Below are positions 1 through 9,507 of a stretch of 58,563 bases of DNA, piece by piece. Position 1 is the first letter of the stretch, and every line of letters starts with the position of its first letter. The notes beneath the pieces were generated by a model that was not told where the DNA came from, made no database searches, and was given only the letters and a program-made list of their open reading frames with translations. The stretch is taken from NCBI GenBank assembly GCA_944381105.1, contig CALWJU010000010.1, positions 1-58,563 on the forward strand, in the 5' to 3' direction. The position numbers and the translations under genes are program-made. This DNA comes from an uncultured Clostridia bacterium (lineage in GTDB: Bacteria > Bacillota > Clostridia > Christensenellales > UBA1242).

Positions 1-254
1 TTATATTATCACACTCGCTCATCCTTTGTCAACACTTTTTTTCATTTTTTTTATCTTTTTTTATTATTTTTTTACTCTTTGTCCGATACACCCTAGCCCG
101 TTGTTATACTTTTATGTCGTTTGATGTTAAAAAAAAGACTTGTCTAGTGACAAATCTTAGTTTTTTTAACAATAGTTTCTAAAAAATTACAATAATTTAT
201 TTCTTAAAATTTACAATTTTATAAGATATTTTTTGAATATAATCCTTATCTTGA

Positions 255-333
255 CATGTGATGGCGTGATTTATCACGCAAATTCGTAAGAATTTAATAA
301 AATTTTATGCTAATAAAATTTTATCATCACATG
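255..333 (+). repeat. Four-way-junction palindromic element, subfamily A, copy A1
   Basis: CATGTGATG / GCGTGAT-tt-ATCACGC / AAATTC-gtaa-GAATTT / ATAAAATTTTAT-gcta-ATAAAATTTTAT / CATCACATG. Confidence 0.95.
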
Positions 334-364
334 GATTGTCCACCTTTAAAAGCGCATATAATTT

Positions 365-1393
365 TTACTCTCGCTCATCATTATCGTTTAACTGCAAATA
401 ATCTTTTACACTTTCACAAACATCTTTCATTCCTGATACCGACCTATAAGATAGGTACTCATCTGGTGTAAACATTCTATCCGCAGAATATCTAGCACCT
501 ATATCCTTATAAGTTGTAAAATTAGGGTTGAGGAAAAGTTTTAATAGATTGTTTTTTGCTTTCTCAGTTATCATATATTTAAAGAAGCCTTTTGCCTTAT
601 TCTGTCCCTCATCCTTTCTAGGCATAAAATAATACTCGGCAAGCACACTTTTATTCATATCCTTATAACTTGTACGATACTTTAAAATTGCTTCGAGAAG
701 CATTGAGTTAAGTTTGCATGTCGTAATATATTCTACATTTTTTAAATCATACTTGCCTAAATCTTTTGCGAGTTCTTGGTGCAATGGCGAATTTAGGTCG
801 CCATTTCTTCTTATCTTCTCCGATTTATCAAATATCTCTTGGTATGGCGAAAGTTTGCTAAGCAGGTCAATGGTATTTGCAAGTTTAAAAGCGAAATTGG
901 TCTTAGAAAGGACAATATCATAGTCCTCACCCTCTCTGTCTAAAATTGGATCAATATTGAAAAACACGCTTGCTAGCGAGAGGAATTTTATCTCCTCTAT
1001 GTTTGCCCCTTGTTTAACCACGTCAGTTACAAAGGCATCCAGCGTCAAAAGTTGGTGATTGTCAGGTTTCTTTGAGGTCAAAACATGAGTATAAGCACAC
1101 AGCAAATCAAAGAGTGCGTTTGTGTTATACAAATAATCTTGGCTCTTCACAGCCTTATCGTCTATTTTTTGCACCAACTCCTTTGCCTTATCTTTTAAAT
1201 TTCCGCTTATAATAAATCTCTCATCTGCTATATTTTCTTTTTTAGATTTTGTCCATTCATTTTTGAGAGCCTTTGTCGTAGAACTTGAAATTTTTTTATC
1301 AATTTGAGGATAATATGTAATACCTTTCATTTTCTTTTCCTTTCTAAAATCTATTATATCATATTCAACTATTTTTTCAAGCATTTTTTTCAT
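365..1393 (-). CDS. Hypothetical protein, 342 aa, Lys-rich
   Basis: Long ORF starting 2 bp after the cmk stop; no family recognised. Confidence 0.75.
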   Translation of the reverse strand: MKKMLEKIVEYDIIDFRKEKKMKGITYYPQIDKKISSSTTKALKNEWTKSKKENIADERFIISGNLKDKAKELVQKIDDKAVKSQDYLYNTNALFDLLCAYTHVLTSKKPDNHQLLTLDAFVTDVVKQGANIEEIKFLSLASVFFNIDPILDREGEDYDIVLSKTNFAFKLANTIDLLSKLSPYQEIFDKSEKIRRNGDLNSPLHQELAKDLGKYDLKNVEYITTCKLNSMLLEAILKYRTSYKDMNKSVLAEYYFMPRKDEGQNKAKGFFKYMITEKAKNNLLKLFLNPNFTTYKDIGARYSADRMFTPDEYLSYRSVSGMKDVCESVKDYLQLNDNDERE

Positions 1394-1395
1394 AA

Positions 1396-2085
1396 TTATT
1401 GCTTTATTCTCTTATTTTTACCATATTTATCATATTTTTTATTGATAATGTTAAGACAATATTCAATAGTCTGTTCAAGTGTCATCTGCGAATTGTCAAC
1501 TATAATTGAGTCTTTCGCAGGCTTTAATGGTGCGATCATTCTGTGTTCATCCCTATAATCTCGCTCTTTTAAGTCTTTAAGCACCTCTCCATAAGATATA
1601 TTTTTCTCTTGGCTTTGCTGATATCTTCTCATGGCACGTATTTCAGGTTTTGCAGTTAAAAAAAATTTAAAATCTGCATTTGGCAAGACGTCAGTTGCTA
1701 TGTCCCTGCCCTCAATTATACAATCATACTTCTTTGCAAATTCTTGTTGCAATTCCCTTACCTTCTCTCGTAGCACTGGATTGGGCGAAATCTGTGAGGC
1801 AAGGTTGGATATCTCCTCTTCTCTCAACATGTTTGTATAGTCTATTGCGTTAACACTGACATGTTGATTTTTCCCTACAAAAAACACCTCAATATTCTTA
1901 TCCTTTATAAACTCTTCCACCTCTTGCTCGTCAATCTTGTTATGTTTTTCATCTCGAAAGGAGCAAGCCAGTGCCCTATAAATTGCCCCTGTATCTAATA
2001 CGTGAAACCCTAGTCTGTCAGCAATTCCCCTTGCAAGTGTACTTTTACCGCTTCCGACAGTGCCATCAATTGCAATATTTATCAT
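1396..2085 (-). CDS. cmk: Cytidylate kinase
   Basis: IAIDGTVGSGKST P-loop, DTGAIYR, EGRDI, RDYRD motifs. Confidence 0.95.
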   Translation of the reverse strand: MINIAIDGTVGSGKSTLARGIADRLGFHVLDTGAIYRALACSFRDEKHNKIDEQEVEEFIKDKNIEVFFVGKNQHVSVNAIDYTNMLREEEISNLASQISPNPVLREKVRELQQEFAKKYDCIIEGRDIATDVLPNADFKFFLTAKPEIRAMRRYQQSQEKNISYGEVLKDLKERDYRDEHRMIAPLKPAKDSIIVDNSQMTLEQTIEYCLNIINKKYDKYGKNKRIKQ

Positions 2086-2225
2086 TTATTTCTCCTAAGG
2101 TTTATTATATCAAATTTCTTTGTTTCAAGCAAAACAATTGCAACAATTTAAAAAATTATTTGTATATTTGTTGAGTTTAAGTGGTAATATTTGAAAAAAT
2201 TTTCTTTGTATGCTATAATATTTTT

Positions 2226-2729
2226 ATGAGTAGTAGTTCAGACAAACATAACGATAATTTTATAGCAGGTTTTGAGCCCTTTATTAATATTAACAGCACA
2301 GTATTAATTTTAGGTTCTTTTCCGTCGGTATTATCAAGGAAAAACGGCTTTTATTATGGTAATAGTCGTAACAGATTTTGGTCTACACTTGCAAATATAT
2401 ATGAAGAAAAAACTCCACAAACAATAGAGGAAAAGAAAAGATTCTTAACAAAACATAACATTGCACTTTGGGATATTGTTACAAAAGCGGACTTTAAAGG
2501 TTCTAGCGATAAAGTGCTTGAAAAATCGTCGTTTCAATTTGCAGACATTGAAAAATTACTTAAAGAATATCCAAATATCAAGAAAATATTTTGTAATGGC
2601 AGGCTTGCTTACAAACTATTTAAAAGTCGATATGAAAATAGTAATTTAACAGCCGAATATCTTCCCTCAACGAGCCCAGCAAACACAAGATTTGCCCCAA
2701 AAACTTGGGAAAGTAATTTGAAAGGCTAA
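2226..2729 (+). CDS. Uracil-DNA glycosylase superfamily protein (DNA-deoxyinosine glycosylase type)
   Basis: LILGSFPS, YYGNSRNRFW, LWD, LPSTSPAN; ATG at 2226 preferred to GTG at 2181. Confidence 0.88.
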   Translation: MSSSSDKHNDNFIAGFEPFININSTVLILGSFPSVLSRKNGFYYGNSRNRFWSTLANIYEEKTPQTIEEKKRFLTKHNIALWDIVTKADFKGSSDKVLEKSSFQFADIEKLLKEYPNIKKIFCNGRLAYKLFKSRYENSNLTAEYLPSTSPANTRFAPKTWESNLKG

Positions 2730-2833
2730 AATAATCAAAAACAAAGTGCCAAAAAACACTATTTCAATTATATCTGTGCTTATTATAGATAGATTATAAA
2801 AAATATCAAAAATAAAAATATATAAATTTTACA

Positions 2834-2862
2834 AAAAATCACGAATATTTTTCGTGATTTTT
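2834..2862. terminator. Bidirectional intrinsic terminator
   Basis: AAAAATCACGAA-tattt-TTCGTGATTTTT between convergent genes. Confidence 0.7.
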
Positions 2863-2921
2863 ACGTTATAGCAAAGATTTACTAATTGTTTTAAAGTAAG
2901 GCATAGCGACATAAATTTTTA

Positions 2922-3935
2922 TTAGTCTACTTTAACAAACACATAGTATCGTGGCTTTCGCCCGCCAAAAGAATAATCACCAGACTTATGTTCCATAAAC
3001 ATATATTTTTTGCCATCTATTTCTTTTATTGTGTATGCCGAAGCAGTTTTATAATTAGTATTTAAAATAAAGCCTTTTGTCCATTTGAAATCTTGCTTGT
3101 TAGCCTTTCCGTCCGCATAAATGCAAATAGTTTCACCCCTGTCAAGCAAGACTAAATTGTCGTATAGTAGTTTAGACACTTGTTTTGTGTTTGGAGAAAA
3201 ATCTTCTATCTCTTTAACAAAACCATAAGTTTTCCACACTCCCTTAACGTCATCATCCTCAAAAGGTAAATCTACGTTATCTTTAATTTCAATATCATCA
3301 ATAGTGTAAACATTGTGGTCAATATTTTCATAGACTGCGTAATACTCAACTATTCCTGACCTATTCCAATCAAAAACTAGCACAAGTTTATCATCTTTAT
3401 AATAGTATTTCATAGGAACATCATTTATAAATATATAGCCCTTTGTCCAAAAATCTATTACCCAATAACCTTCGCCCTTTGGCATAATAAATAAATCTTT
3501 AAGAGCAAAATCTTTTGATTTATATAACTCTTTATTTTCTAATTCCTCTTCGCTATCACACAAACCTAATAGATGCCATTTACCTACCAGGCGTTCGTCG
3601 TTAATAAAATTTTTCATAATATACTCCCCCTTTTCGTTTTTGTAAAGGTTGGAGATGTCTCGAATTGCTTTTTTCGTTCTTTTAACCTGTTTTGAAAGGT
3701 CTTTAATCTTCTTGTTTAAAGTATCATCATTGAGGTTTTTTATTTCGCTAAGTTTAAAGCCCATCTTTTTAAGGTAAACTATTTTGAGTAGTTCTTCAAT
3801 GTTCTTTTCGTCAAAACGCCTATATCCTGTAATGGAGTCAATTTCTGCCGGCATTATGAGCCCCATTTCCTGATAATATCTAATTGTTTTGACAGGAACA
3901 CCTGTTAATTTTGAAAAATCGCTTATTCTTAACAT
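2922..3935 (-). CDS. MerR-family transcriptional regulator with a C-terminal duplicated beta-rich domain
   Basis: MLRISDFSKLTGVPVKTIRYY...GYRRF HTH; RBS AGGAGAAAGG before ATG at 3935; two similar C-terminal units (LVGKW..FWTKGYI / VKGVW..KWTKGFI). Confidence 0.9.
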   Translation of the reverse strand: MLRISDFSKLTGVPVKTIRYYQEMGLIMPAEIDSITGYRRFDEKNIEELLKIVYLKKMGFKLSEIKNLNDDTLNKKIKDLSKQVKRTKKAIRDISNLYKNEKGEYIMKNFINDERLVGKWHLLGLCDSEEELENKELYKSKDFALKDLFIMPKGEGYWVIDFWTKGYIFINDVPMKYYYKDDKLVLVFDWNRSGIVEYYAVYENIDHNVYTIDDIEIKDNVDLPFEDDDVKGVWKTYGFVKEIEDFSPNTKQVSKLLYDNLVLLDRGETICIYADGKANKQDFKWTKGFILNTNYKTASAYTIKEIDGKKYMFMEHKSGDYSFGGRKPRYYVFVKVD

Positions 3936-3958
3936 ATCCTTTCTCCTTTTACGCCTAT

Positions 3959-3989
3959 AATATATCATTACACCTTAGTGGAGAGTCAA
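3959..3989 (-). promoter_or_regulatory. MerR-type promoter with a 19-bp spacer
   Basis: TTGACT-ctccactaaggtgtaatga (19 bp)-TATATT with a partial dyad in the spacer, directly upstream of the merR gene. Confidence 0.7.
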
Positions 3990-4177
3990 TAGTTTTTTTA
4001 AAAAAGTCTATTTTATTTAATAGACCTTTTATTTCGATTTTGTTTTTCTTTGTTTTATATTTTTGTTTGATATTAGTATATTTCTTACTTATTTTTTATC
4101 TTTTTTACCTTAATTATTTTATTTGTAAGTTATTTGTTTTACTTTTATCCTACTAAAAAGCGGTTTACTAGAATACT

Positions 4178-4260
4178 TGCATGTGATGAGTGTGTGTAAC
4201 ACACAAATTCGCAAGAATTTAATAAAATTTTATGGCTATAAAATTTTATCATCACATGCA
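4178..4260 (+). repeat. Four-way-junction element A2
   Basis: TGCATGTGATG...GTGTGT-gta-ACACAC, AAATTC-gcaa-GAATTT, ATAAAATTTTAT-ggct-ATAAAATTTTAT...CATCACATGCA. Confidence 0.95.
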
Positions 4261-4277
4261 CACTTTACATATCTCTA

Positions 4278-5381
4278 TTAAGCAACTTTGTATTTTCCAA
4301 TCTTTTTCTTTAATGATTTTGTCAACTTTTTCTTGCGATACTTATATATGCTTTTAGTTAACAATTTGTTTTCATCGCAAGCAAGGGCTATTTTCATCTT
4401 TTTCTCTTTTATAGTATTGTTTATCATTTCCCTTTTTGCTTTATTCTTCAAAGACCTGCTTTTTAGAGCCTTAGTAAAATCAAAGTTTTCAAGATTAATC
4501 TCTTCCTTTTTATTTCGCACTTTTTCAACACGTTTTGGTATTCCGCTTTTTTCGACAGGAAGATTTACCTTGTCCTTTCTCTCTCGAATTTCTATTTGGT
4601 CATAAGGTATTGAAATATTGTTGCGTTTAAGTTCGTTATAGACAAGTTCTAAAATGTCATAATACACATCCCAATAGTCCTCGCTATCACAATAGCATCT
4701 TGCGGTAAACTGTATACTGCTTGCATTTAAGGCACTTAACCTACAAAATGGAGCAGGTTCTAATAGCACCTTACCATTGCTTATCATGCAGTCAATTATA
4801 AGTTTCTTAACCTGTTCAACATCGCTTTCGTAAGCCACATCAAATTTAAAATCGACACGGCGAGTCTTGTTTGTGTCATAGTCGACTACCGAACTGTTCA
4901 CAATGGTAGAATTTGGTATTGTAACCCTCTTGTTATCACCTGTAAGAATGGTTGTAAAAAGGAAATTTATAGCAATGACATTGCCCTCTTTTCCATCAAC
5001 TTCGATATAGTCTCCCTTTTTAAACATCTTATTTGAAACAATAACGATACCATTTGCAGCATTTGCTATGATATTTTCAAGAGCCATACCAATAGCAAGC
5101 ACGATAGCACTTAAAGCAGTTAAAAGTCCTGTGATTTGTATACCAATTATGCTCAATAAAATCAGCACAAACAACACATACAGACATATCTTTATTATTA
5201 CTACAATAAAGCCGACCGTTATCTTTTCCATGCTAGTTTTATTTAACAATCTACGAGTTAAATTAATAAGCAGTTTGATAACAATTAGTCCGACTAACAA
5301 CACTGCAAAGAATATCACTATATTCCAAGCATTTGTCTCAAAAAAGTTTACTATATCATTCCAAATACCTGCCCAATCCAT
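4278..5381 (-). CDS. mscS: MscS-family mechanosensitive channel with a basic C-terminal extension
   Basis: N-terminal TM helices, FKKGDYIEV, IPNS, RRVDFKFDVAY, ISIPY motifs. Confidence 0.9.
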   Translation of the reverse strand: MDWAGIWNDIVNFFETNAWNIVIFFAVLLVGLIVIKLLINLTRRLLNKTSMEKITVGFIVVIIKICLYVLFVLILLSIIGIQITGLLTALSAIVLAIGMALENIIANAANGIVIVSNKMFKKGDYIEVDGKEGNVIAINFLFTTILTGDNKRVTIPNSTIVNSSVVDYDTNKTRRVDFKFDVAYESDVEQVKKLIIDCMISNGKVLLEPAPFCRLSALNASSIQFTARCYCDSEDYWDVYYDILELVYNELKRNNISIPYDQIEIRERKDKVNLPVEKSGIPKRVEKVRNKKEEINLENFDFTKALKSRSLKNKAKREMINNTIKEKKMKIALACDENKLLTKSIYKYRKKKLTKSLKKKIGKYKVA

Positions 5382-5459
5382 AAAAAACCTCTTTTGTTAT
5401 ACCTATATAATAGAAGGATTTTGTATTTTTGTCAAATAATTTATTAACTTTTTATAATT

Positions 5460-6206
5460 TTAAAAAGATAATTTCTTTATTTCATTTAGATATAGAAAAA
5501 TGTCTTTTTTAAGAGAATTAAATTTCTTATTTTTCTTAAAATTTTCAAGGTATATTTCTCTATTAATTTCAAGCATGATTGAATAAAAATTGTCAACATT
5601 TTTATCAAAAATATTGTCAGGTATCATCGAACCAGAGTATGGAAAATTAATTCTTATTTTATAACCTTTATCTTTGAAAAATCCTGTCGTAAAGTTGATA
5701 AGATTTTCATCAATATACTTTTCATTTATCCCTATACAAATATCAGGAAAAGAACCTTTTTTCCAAAGCACTATCTCCTTAGAAAAGGAGTGGCAGTCGA
5801 CTAAAATCACACGGTTATTTTTTAAATATTTTGCTGTTAATTTGTCAAGTTTTTTATGTACAGGAAAATAATATTTTTTGAGAATTTTGTCTTTGTAGAC
5901 GCTATCCTCATCAATAAGTTTTTCGCCTTTATGAGTCTTAGTGTAAATTGCACCAAGCCCATATTTGCTCATACTCTCCTTATCGTCATCAATAAATTTT
6001 TCAACATCGCATACTATTCTTGATACCTTTGCTTTTACATGAGGAAACCTTTTGCACGAAAAAAGTTGTGAGGTTAGCAAATCTGTCATTGAATAATTAA
6101 ATTTTTCAACCTCTCTATCACTTATAAATTTTTCTTTTTCTTTAAATATTTTACTGAGTCTTAGGCTTGAATGTGGAACAAACAATACAACTTTATTATC
6201 TTTCAT
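5460..6206 (-). CDS. N-formylglutamate amidohydrolase family protein
   Basis: VPHS, TD, SRIVCDVE, YYFPVH, DCHSF, PDICIG, NFPYSG, MLEINR. Confidence 0.85.
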   Translation of the reverse strand: MKDNKVVLFVPHSSLRLSKIFKEKEKFISDREVEKFNYSMTDLLTSQLFSCKRFPHVKAKVSRIVCDVEKFIDDDKESMSKYGLGAIYTKTHKGEKLIDEDSVYKDKILKKYYFPVHKKLDKLTAKYLKNNRVILVDCHSFSKEIVLWKKGSFPDICIGINEKYIDENLINFTTGFFKDKGYKIRINFPYSGSMIPDNIFDKNVDNFYSIMLEINREIYLENFKKNKKFNSLKKDIFLYLNEIKKLSF

Positions 6207-6315
6207 ATATTTAGCCCATTAAAATTAAATTTTTCTATAAACATTTTTTACAACGCACTCATTTCGTTTCAAAAATATTTAAATTTATATATTAAAAGAA
6301 CAGACTATAAATATA

Positions 6316-7245
6316 TTACGCCTTTACAGTCTCTTCAATTTCTTCATCTTGCTCTTCTCTTTCTAAGTCCTCACCATGAAGAATGGCAATTTTTTCCTCA
6401 CATTCTTTAAAATAACGCTCATAGGACTTTTTACAATAATTTTTATGCACCTCGTCCTCAAACTTATTAGCGTTGTTAAAATTATAGACGCCATTTACCT
6501 TCCATTTATTGAAAAGACCTATTTTTATAGCATTTTTAGGACAAAGGAAAGAGCACCTCATACACATGAGACAATTTTTGCCAAAATGGAATTCTCCGTC
6601 TTTGAGGGTTATATTGTGAGTCGGACAAATATTTACACATTTTCCGCAGTGGATACAATTCTCTGAAACCTTATATTTCTTTCCATTAAAACGTCCGCCC
6701 CAATGTTCAATTCTAAATAGCCAGGCAATAAAACTGCCCATAAAAACTTTATCAAGCAGAGAGTACTTGCCACTTAAAAGTTCCTTGCAGTCAACAGGGA
6801 TGACTTCTTGTGCGGTTTTCCACATCTTATACGCCATATTGTCGGTGTGCCTAAATATGATGTTGTAAGGCATGCAGTAGTGATATTCGTTTGTTACGTT
6901 ATAGCCCTTTTCTTTCAAAACCTTGCAAAGTTTGATTGATGAGATATTGTTAAGTCTCAGTGGCTCGCCTGAGGTGTTGACTATAAACACACGTTTGCCC
7001 TTGCACTCTGGCAAAGATTTGGCAAAGTCGAGGATAATTGATGGTGCGTTAAAGGCATGCACAGGATAGGCAATACCTAGCATTTCATAATCTGTAACAT
7101 CAAAACCAAAATTGTTAGTCTCTATCTTATAGAGGTCGGTCTCCACCTCTTCGCTTTTTAAGTTTTCTACATATTTATTGACAACCATTCTTGTGTTGCC
7201 CGTTCCAGAAAAATAGCATATAAGAATTTTCATTTTATTTTCCAT
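6316..7245 (-). CDS. EFR1-family flavodoxin-ferredoxin fusion
   Basis: YFSGTGNT flavodoxin motif plus two CxxCxxCxxxCP motifs. Confidence 0.9.
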   Translation of the reverse strand: MENKMKILICYFSGTGNTRMVVNKYVENLKSEEVETDLYKIETNNFGFDVTDYEMLGIAYPVHAFNAPSIILDFAKSLPECKGKRVFIVNTSGEPLRLNNISSIKLCKVLKEKGYNVTNEYHYCMPYNIIFRHTDNMAYKMWKTAQEVIPVDCKELLSGKYSLLDKVFMGSFIAWLFRIEHWGGRFNGKKYKVSENCIHCGKCVNICPTHNITLKDGEFHFGKNCLMCMRCSFLCPKNAIKIGLFNKWKVNGVYNFNNANKFEDEVHKNYCKKSYERYFKECEEKIAILHGEDLEREEQDEEIEETVKA

Positions 7246-7271
7246 TATATCTATATCCCTTTATATTTACT

Positions 7272-8822
7272 TCAATTCTCAGTCCTTTCTATCCTTGCAT
7301 TATAATTTTCGTCAAAGAAATAACGATTGTTTTCACCCTCTTTATGACTATCAAGCCAAATTTGAGCAAATATCTTATCCTTTCTTGACAGTCTATCAAA
7401 ATCCCAAACATTTTCTTTGTAAATTGGGTTAAACCAATGTCCTGCTTTCATGACAGTAAATGTGCAAGCAAAGAACTCCTCTCCGTCCTGTGTACTCCAT
7501 CTAAGTTTTTCAAACAAATCTCCGCCATAAGACTTTGACAAAAGTTGTCCGCCATGAGCCTTAGCGACATTTTGTAGGTCCTTTATAGTTATATTCTCAT
7601 AATTATCTATATCAAAATAGTAGTAAATAAGTTTGGCGTTCTCTTTCTTTCTCAAATTTTGATAGTCAATTGTCTTTCCGTTCTCGTCCTTGTTCTCAAC
7701 CAAAAGATTAAATTTAGTCCAATCTTTACCAAGTTTATTATAATTCTCTTCACCGCCAAAATATGCCACCATTTTCGCATGGTCATTATGCTTAAACCAA
7801 TAGGCTGGCGAGTTTTTGCTCTTAAAAAGTCGTTTGATTGCAAAGGTTGAAATCAACCCCTTTGGAACAATTTTTCCAAGTCTATAATAACTGTACCTTT
7901 TTGCTATCTCTTGCCAATAGACATCTGTCGTCTGTTTTTGGTAGTCAAAAAGTTGGTCAAGCCTCTCTCCGTCATAAAACCACATGCCATGAAAATTTCG
8001 TGTAGCATTATAGTAAGGTTTAAAGAAATCTTTTGCTCCTCCGCCTATAATCTTAAAACCATCATTGAGAGTATCGTAACCTGTTATGCAGTTCTTCTCC
8101 CCTCCGCCAATATTAAATACATGCCTCCAAAAGACCTTTGACAAGTCCTCTCTCATATCTCTTTTAAGTATATTTGCAATAAGCACTCCGCTGTCATGTG
8201 CAGTTGCCCATTCGAGTGGTGCGTTAAAGCAGGTGTGGAACATAAGCCCATCACTCATATTGTCCTTTAACATATTTATATGTAGCATGGCGGTTTGCCT
8301 AAGTACTGCCCAGTACCTAATATTTGATTCCAGCACCCTAAATTCCCCTCTCAGTTTTGTAGCCGAGTAGATGTCAAATGGGCTAACTAAAAGTGGGTCG
8401 CCAACCTGTCCCCATGGGTGTTTTGAGTTTCTGTTTCCATAGAGTGCAACAGTCGAAATATGAATGTATTTAGGCTGTCTTACGCTGTTTTCAATGGCAG
8501 AGACCAAATTGTTAACACCTATCTCGTTGCAATCAACCGCCTTTTGAGGAAATTGGTCAGAGTGAGGCGGTATAACAGCGGCAAGGTTTATACAATAGTC
8601 GCAGTCTTTAATAAGCCTTACGCATGTATCCATATCTTTAAGATTGCCATCAATTATCTCAAATTTATCTTTGTAATTTTTATATTTTCTCAGTAGTTTT
8701 TTAATTCTGTTATCTTCTGGCAGAACAAGAAATTTAAATTTATCAATCTCGTCTATCTTAACCACTTGTTCGAGTGTGGCTTGTCCCATGTTTCCTGTTA
8801 TGCCTGTAATTGCTACTTGCAT
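7272..8822 (-). CDS. NAD-dependent epimerase/dehydratase family protein with a C-terminal extension
   Basis: TGITGNMG Rossmann motif, NLAA, YxxxK (YSATK). Confidence 0.85.
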   Translation of the reverse strand: MQVAITGITGNMGQATLEQVVKIDEIDKFKFLVLPEDNRIKKLLRKYKNYKDKFEIIDGNLKDMDTCVRLIKDCDYCINLAAVIPPHSDQFPQKAVDCNEIGVNNLVSAIENSVRQPKYIHISTVALYGNRNSKHPWGQVGDPLLVSPFDIYSATKLRGEFRVLESNIRYWAVLRQTAMLHINMLKDNMSDGLMFHTCFNAPLEWATAHDSGVLIANILKRDMREDLSKVFWRHVFNIGGGEKNCITGYDTLNDGFKIIGGGAKDFFKPYYNATRNFHGMWFYDGERLDQLFDYQKQTTDVYWQEIAKRYSYYRLGKIVPKGLISTFAIKRLFKSKNSPAYWFKHNDHAKMVAYFGGEENYNKLGKDWTKFNLLVENKDENGKTIDYQNLRKKENAKLIYYYFDIDNYENITIKDLQNVAKAHGGQLLSKSYGGDLFEKLRWSTQDGEEFFACTFTVMKAGHWFNPIYKENVWDFDRLSRKDKIFAQIWLDSHKEGENNRYFFDENYNARIERTEN

Positions 8823-9194
8823 AATTTCTCCTAAAAATTGCAGTTTAATCTGCTTTCTTTATGATAACATATTAAAAAACAAAAAGCAAACGATTTATTA
8901 ATAATCTAGGAGATATATAAATACTTTTTGTAACACCTTTTCTCAAACGAAACAGGGAAATTTAATCAACAAACCTTTATCAACTTTTTTTCTTCCAAAT
9001 TTCCTAAATTTATTGTACTTAATGAGAAATTTAAAGTAAGTTGATATTAAATTACCAATCTTTTTACTTAGCCAAAAAGATTACTCAGAATGTGTAAACT
9101 TTTTTTGCTACAAACCTTCAACATGTAAAAATCACAAATATTATGTGAGGTTTTTATACGCCTACTTTCATAACTTCTCCGTTATTGATTTCTA

Positions 9195-9271
9195 TGGAGC
9201 TGATGATGGGACTCGAACCCATGACCTGTGCATTACGAGTGCACTGCTCTTGCCAACTGAGCCACATCAGC
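9195..9271 (-). tRNA. tRNA-Thr (anticodon CGT)
   Basis: GCTGATG acceptor stem, anticodon arm GTGCA-CTCGTAA-TGCAC, T-loop GGTTCGAGTCC, encoded CCA end. Confidence 0.97.
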
Positions 9272-9507
9272 ATATGGGGTATTACCCCAAAGATTACTAA
9301 TTCACAAAATAAAGAGATTATCTAATCATGTCTACTTTTTTGTAATTAATTTAATTAAAATTTAATTTTTAATAATTAATATCTAGTTCATAACTTTTTA
9401 TTTTAAAAGATATTAATTTAAAATTAAACCGTTTACAATCTTTTGCATATTACCACTATATATAGTAGTATGTCTTGCATAAGTCTCATTACATATAGTA
9501 TTATGTC

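Noticed and set aside
255-333. Elements as tRNA-like genes, integron attC sites or ordinary terminators
   Set aside because: No T-loop, D-loop or CCA; no RYYYAAC/GTTRRRY ends or integrase, and most neighbours are core genes; no U-tract after the stem.
4374-4397. MKIALACD inside the MscS C-terminal tail, resembling the RpiB/LacAB N-terminus
   Set aside because: Only 8 residues match, the following HxG motif is absent and nothing further aligns; probably chance.
9000-9195. Possible island integrated at the tRNA-Thr 3' end
   Set aside because: No integrase and no duplicated tRNA 3' end found in the window, although the genes at 2226-8822 look accessory.
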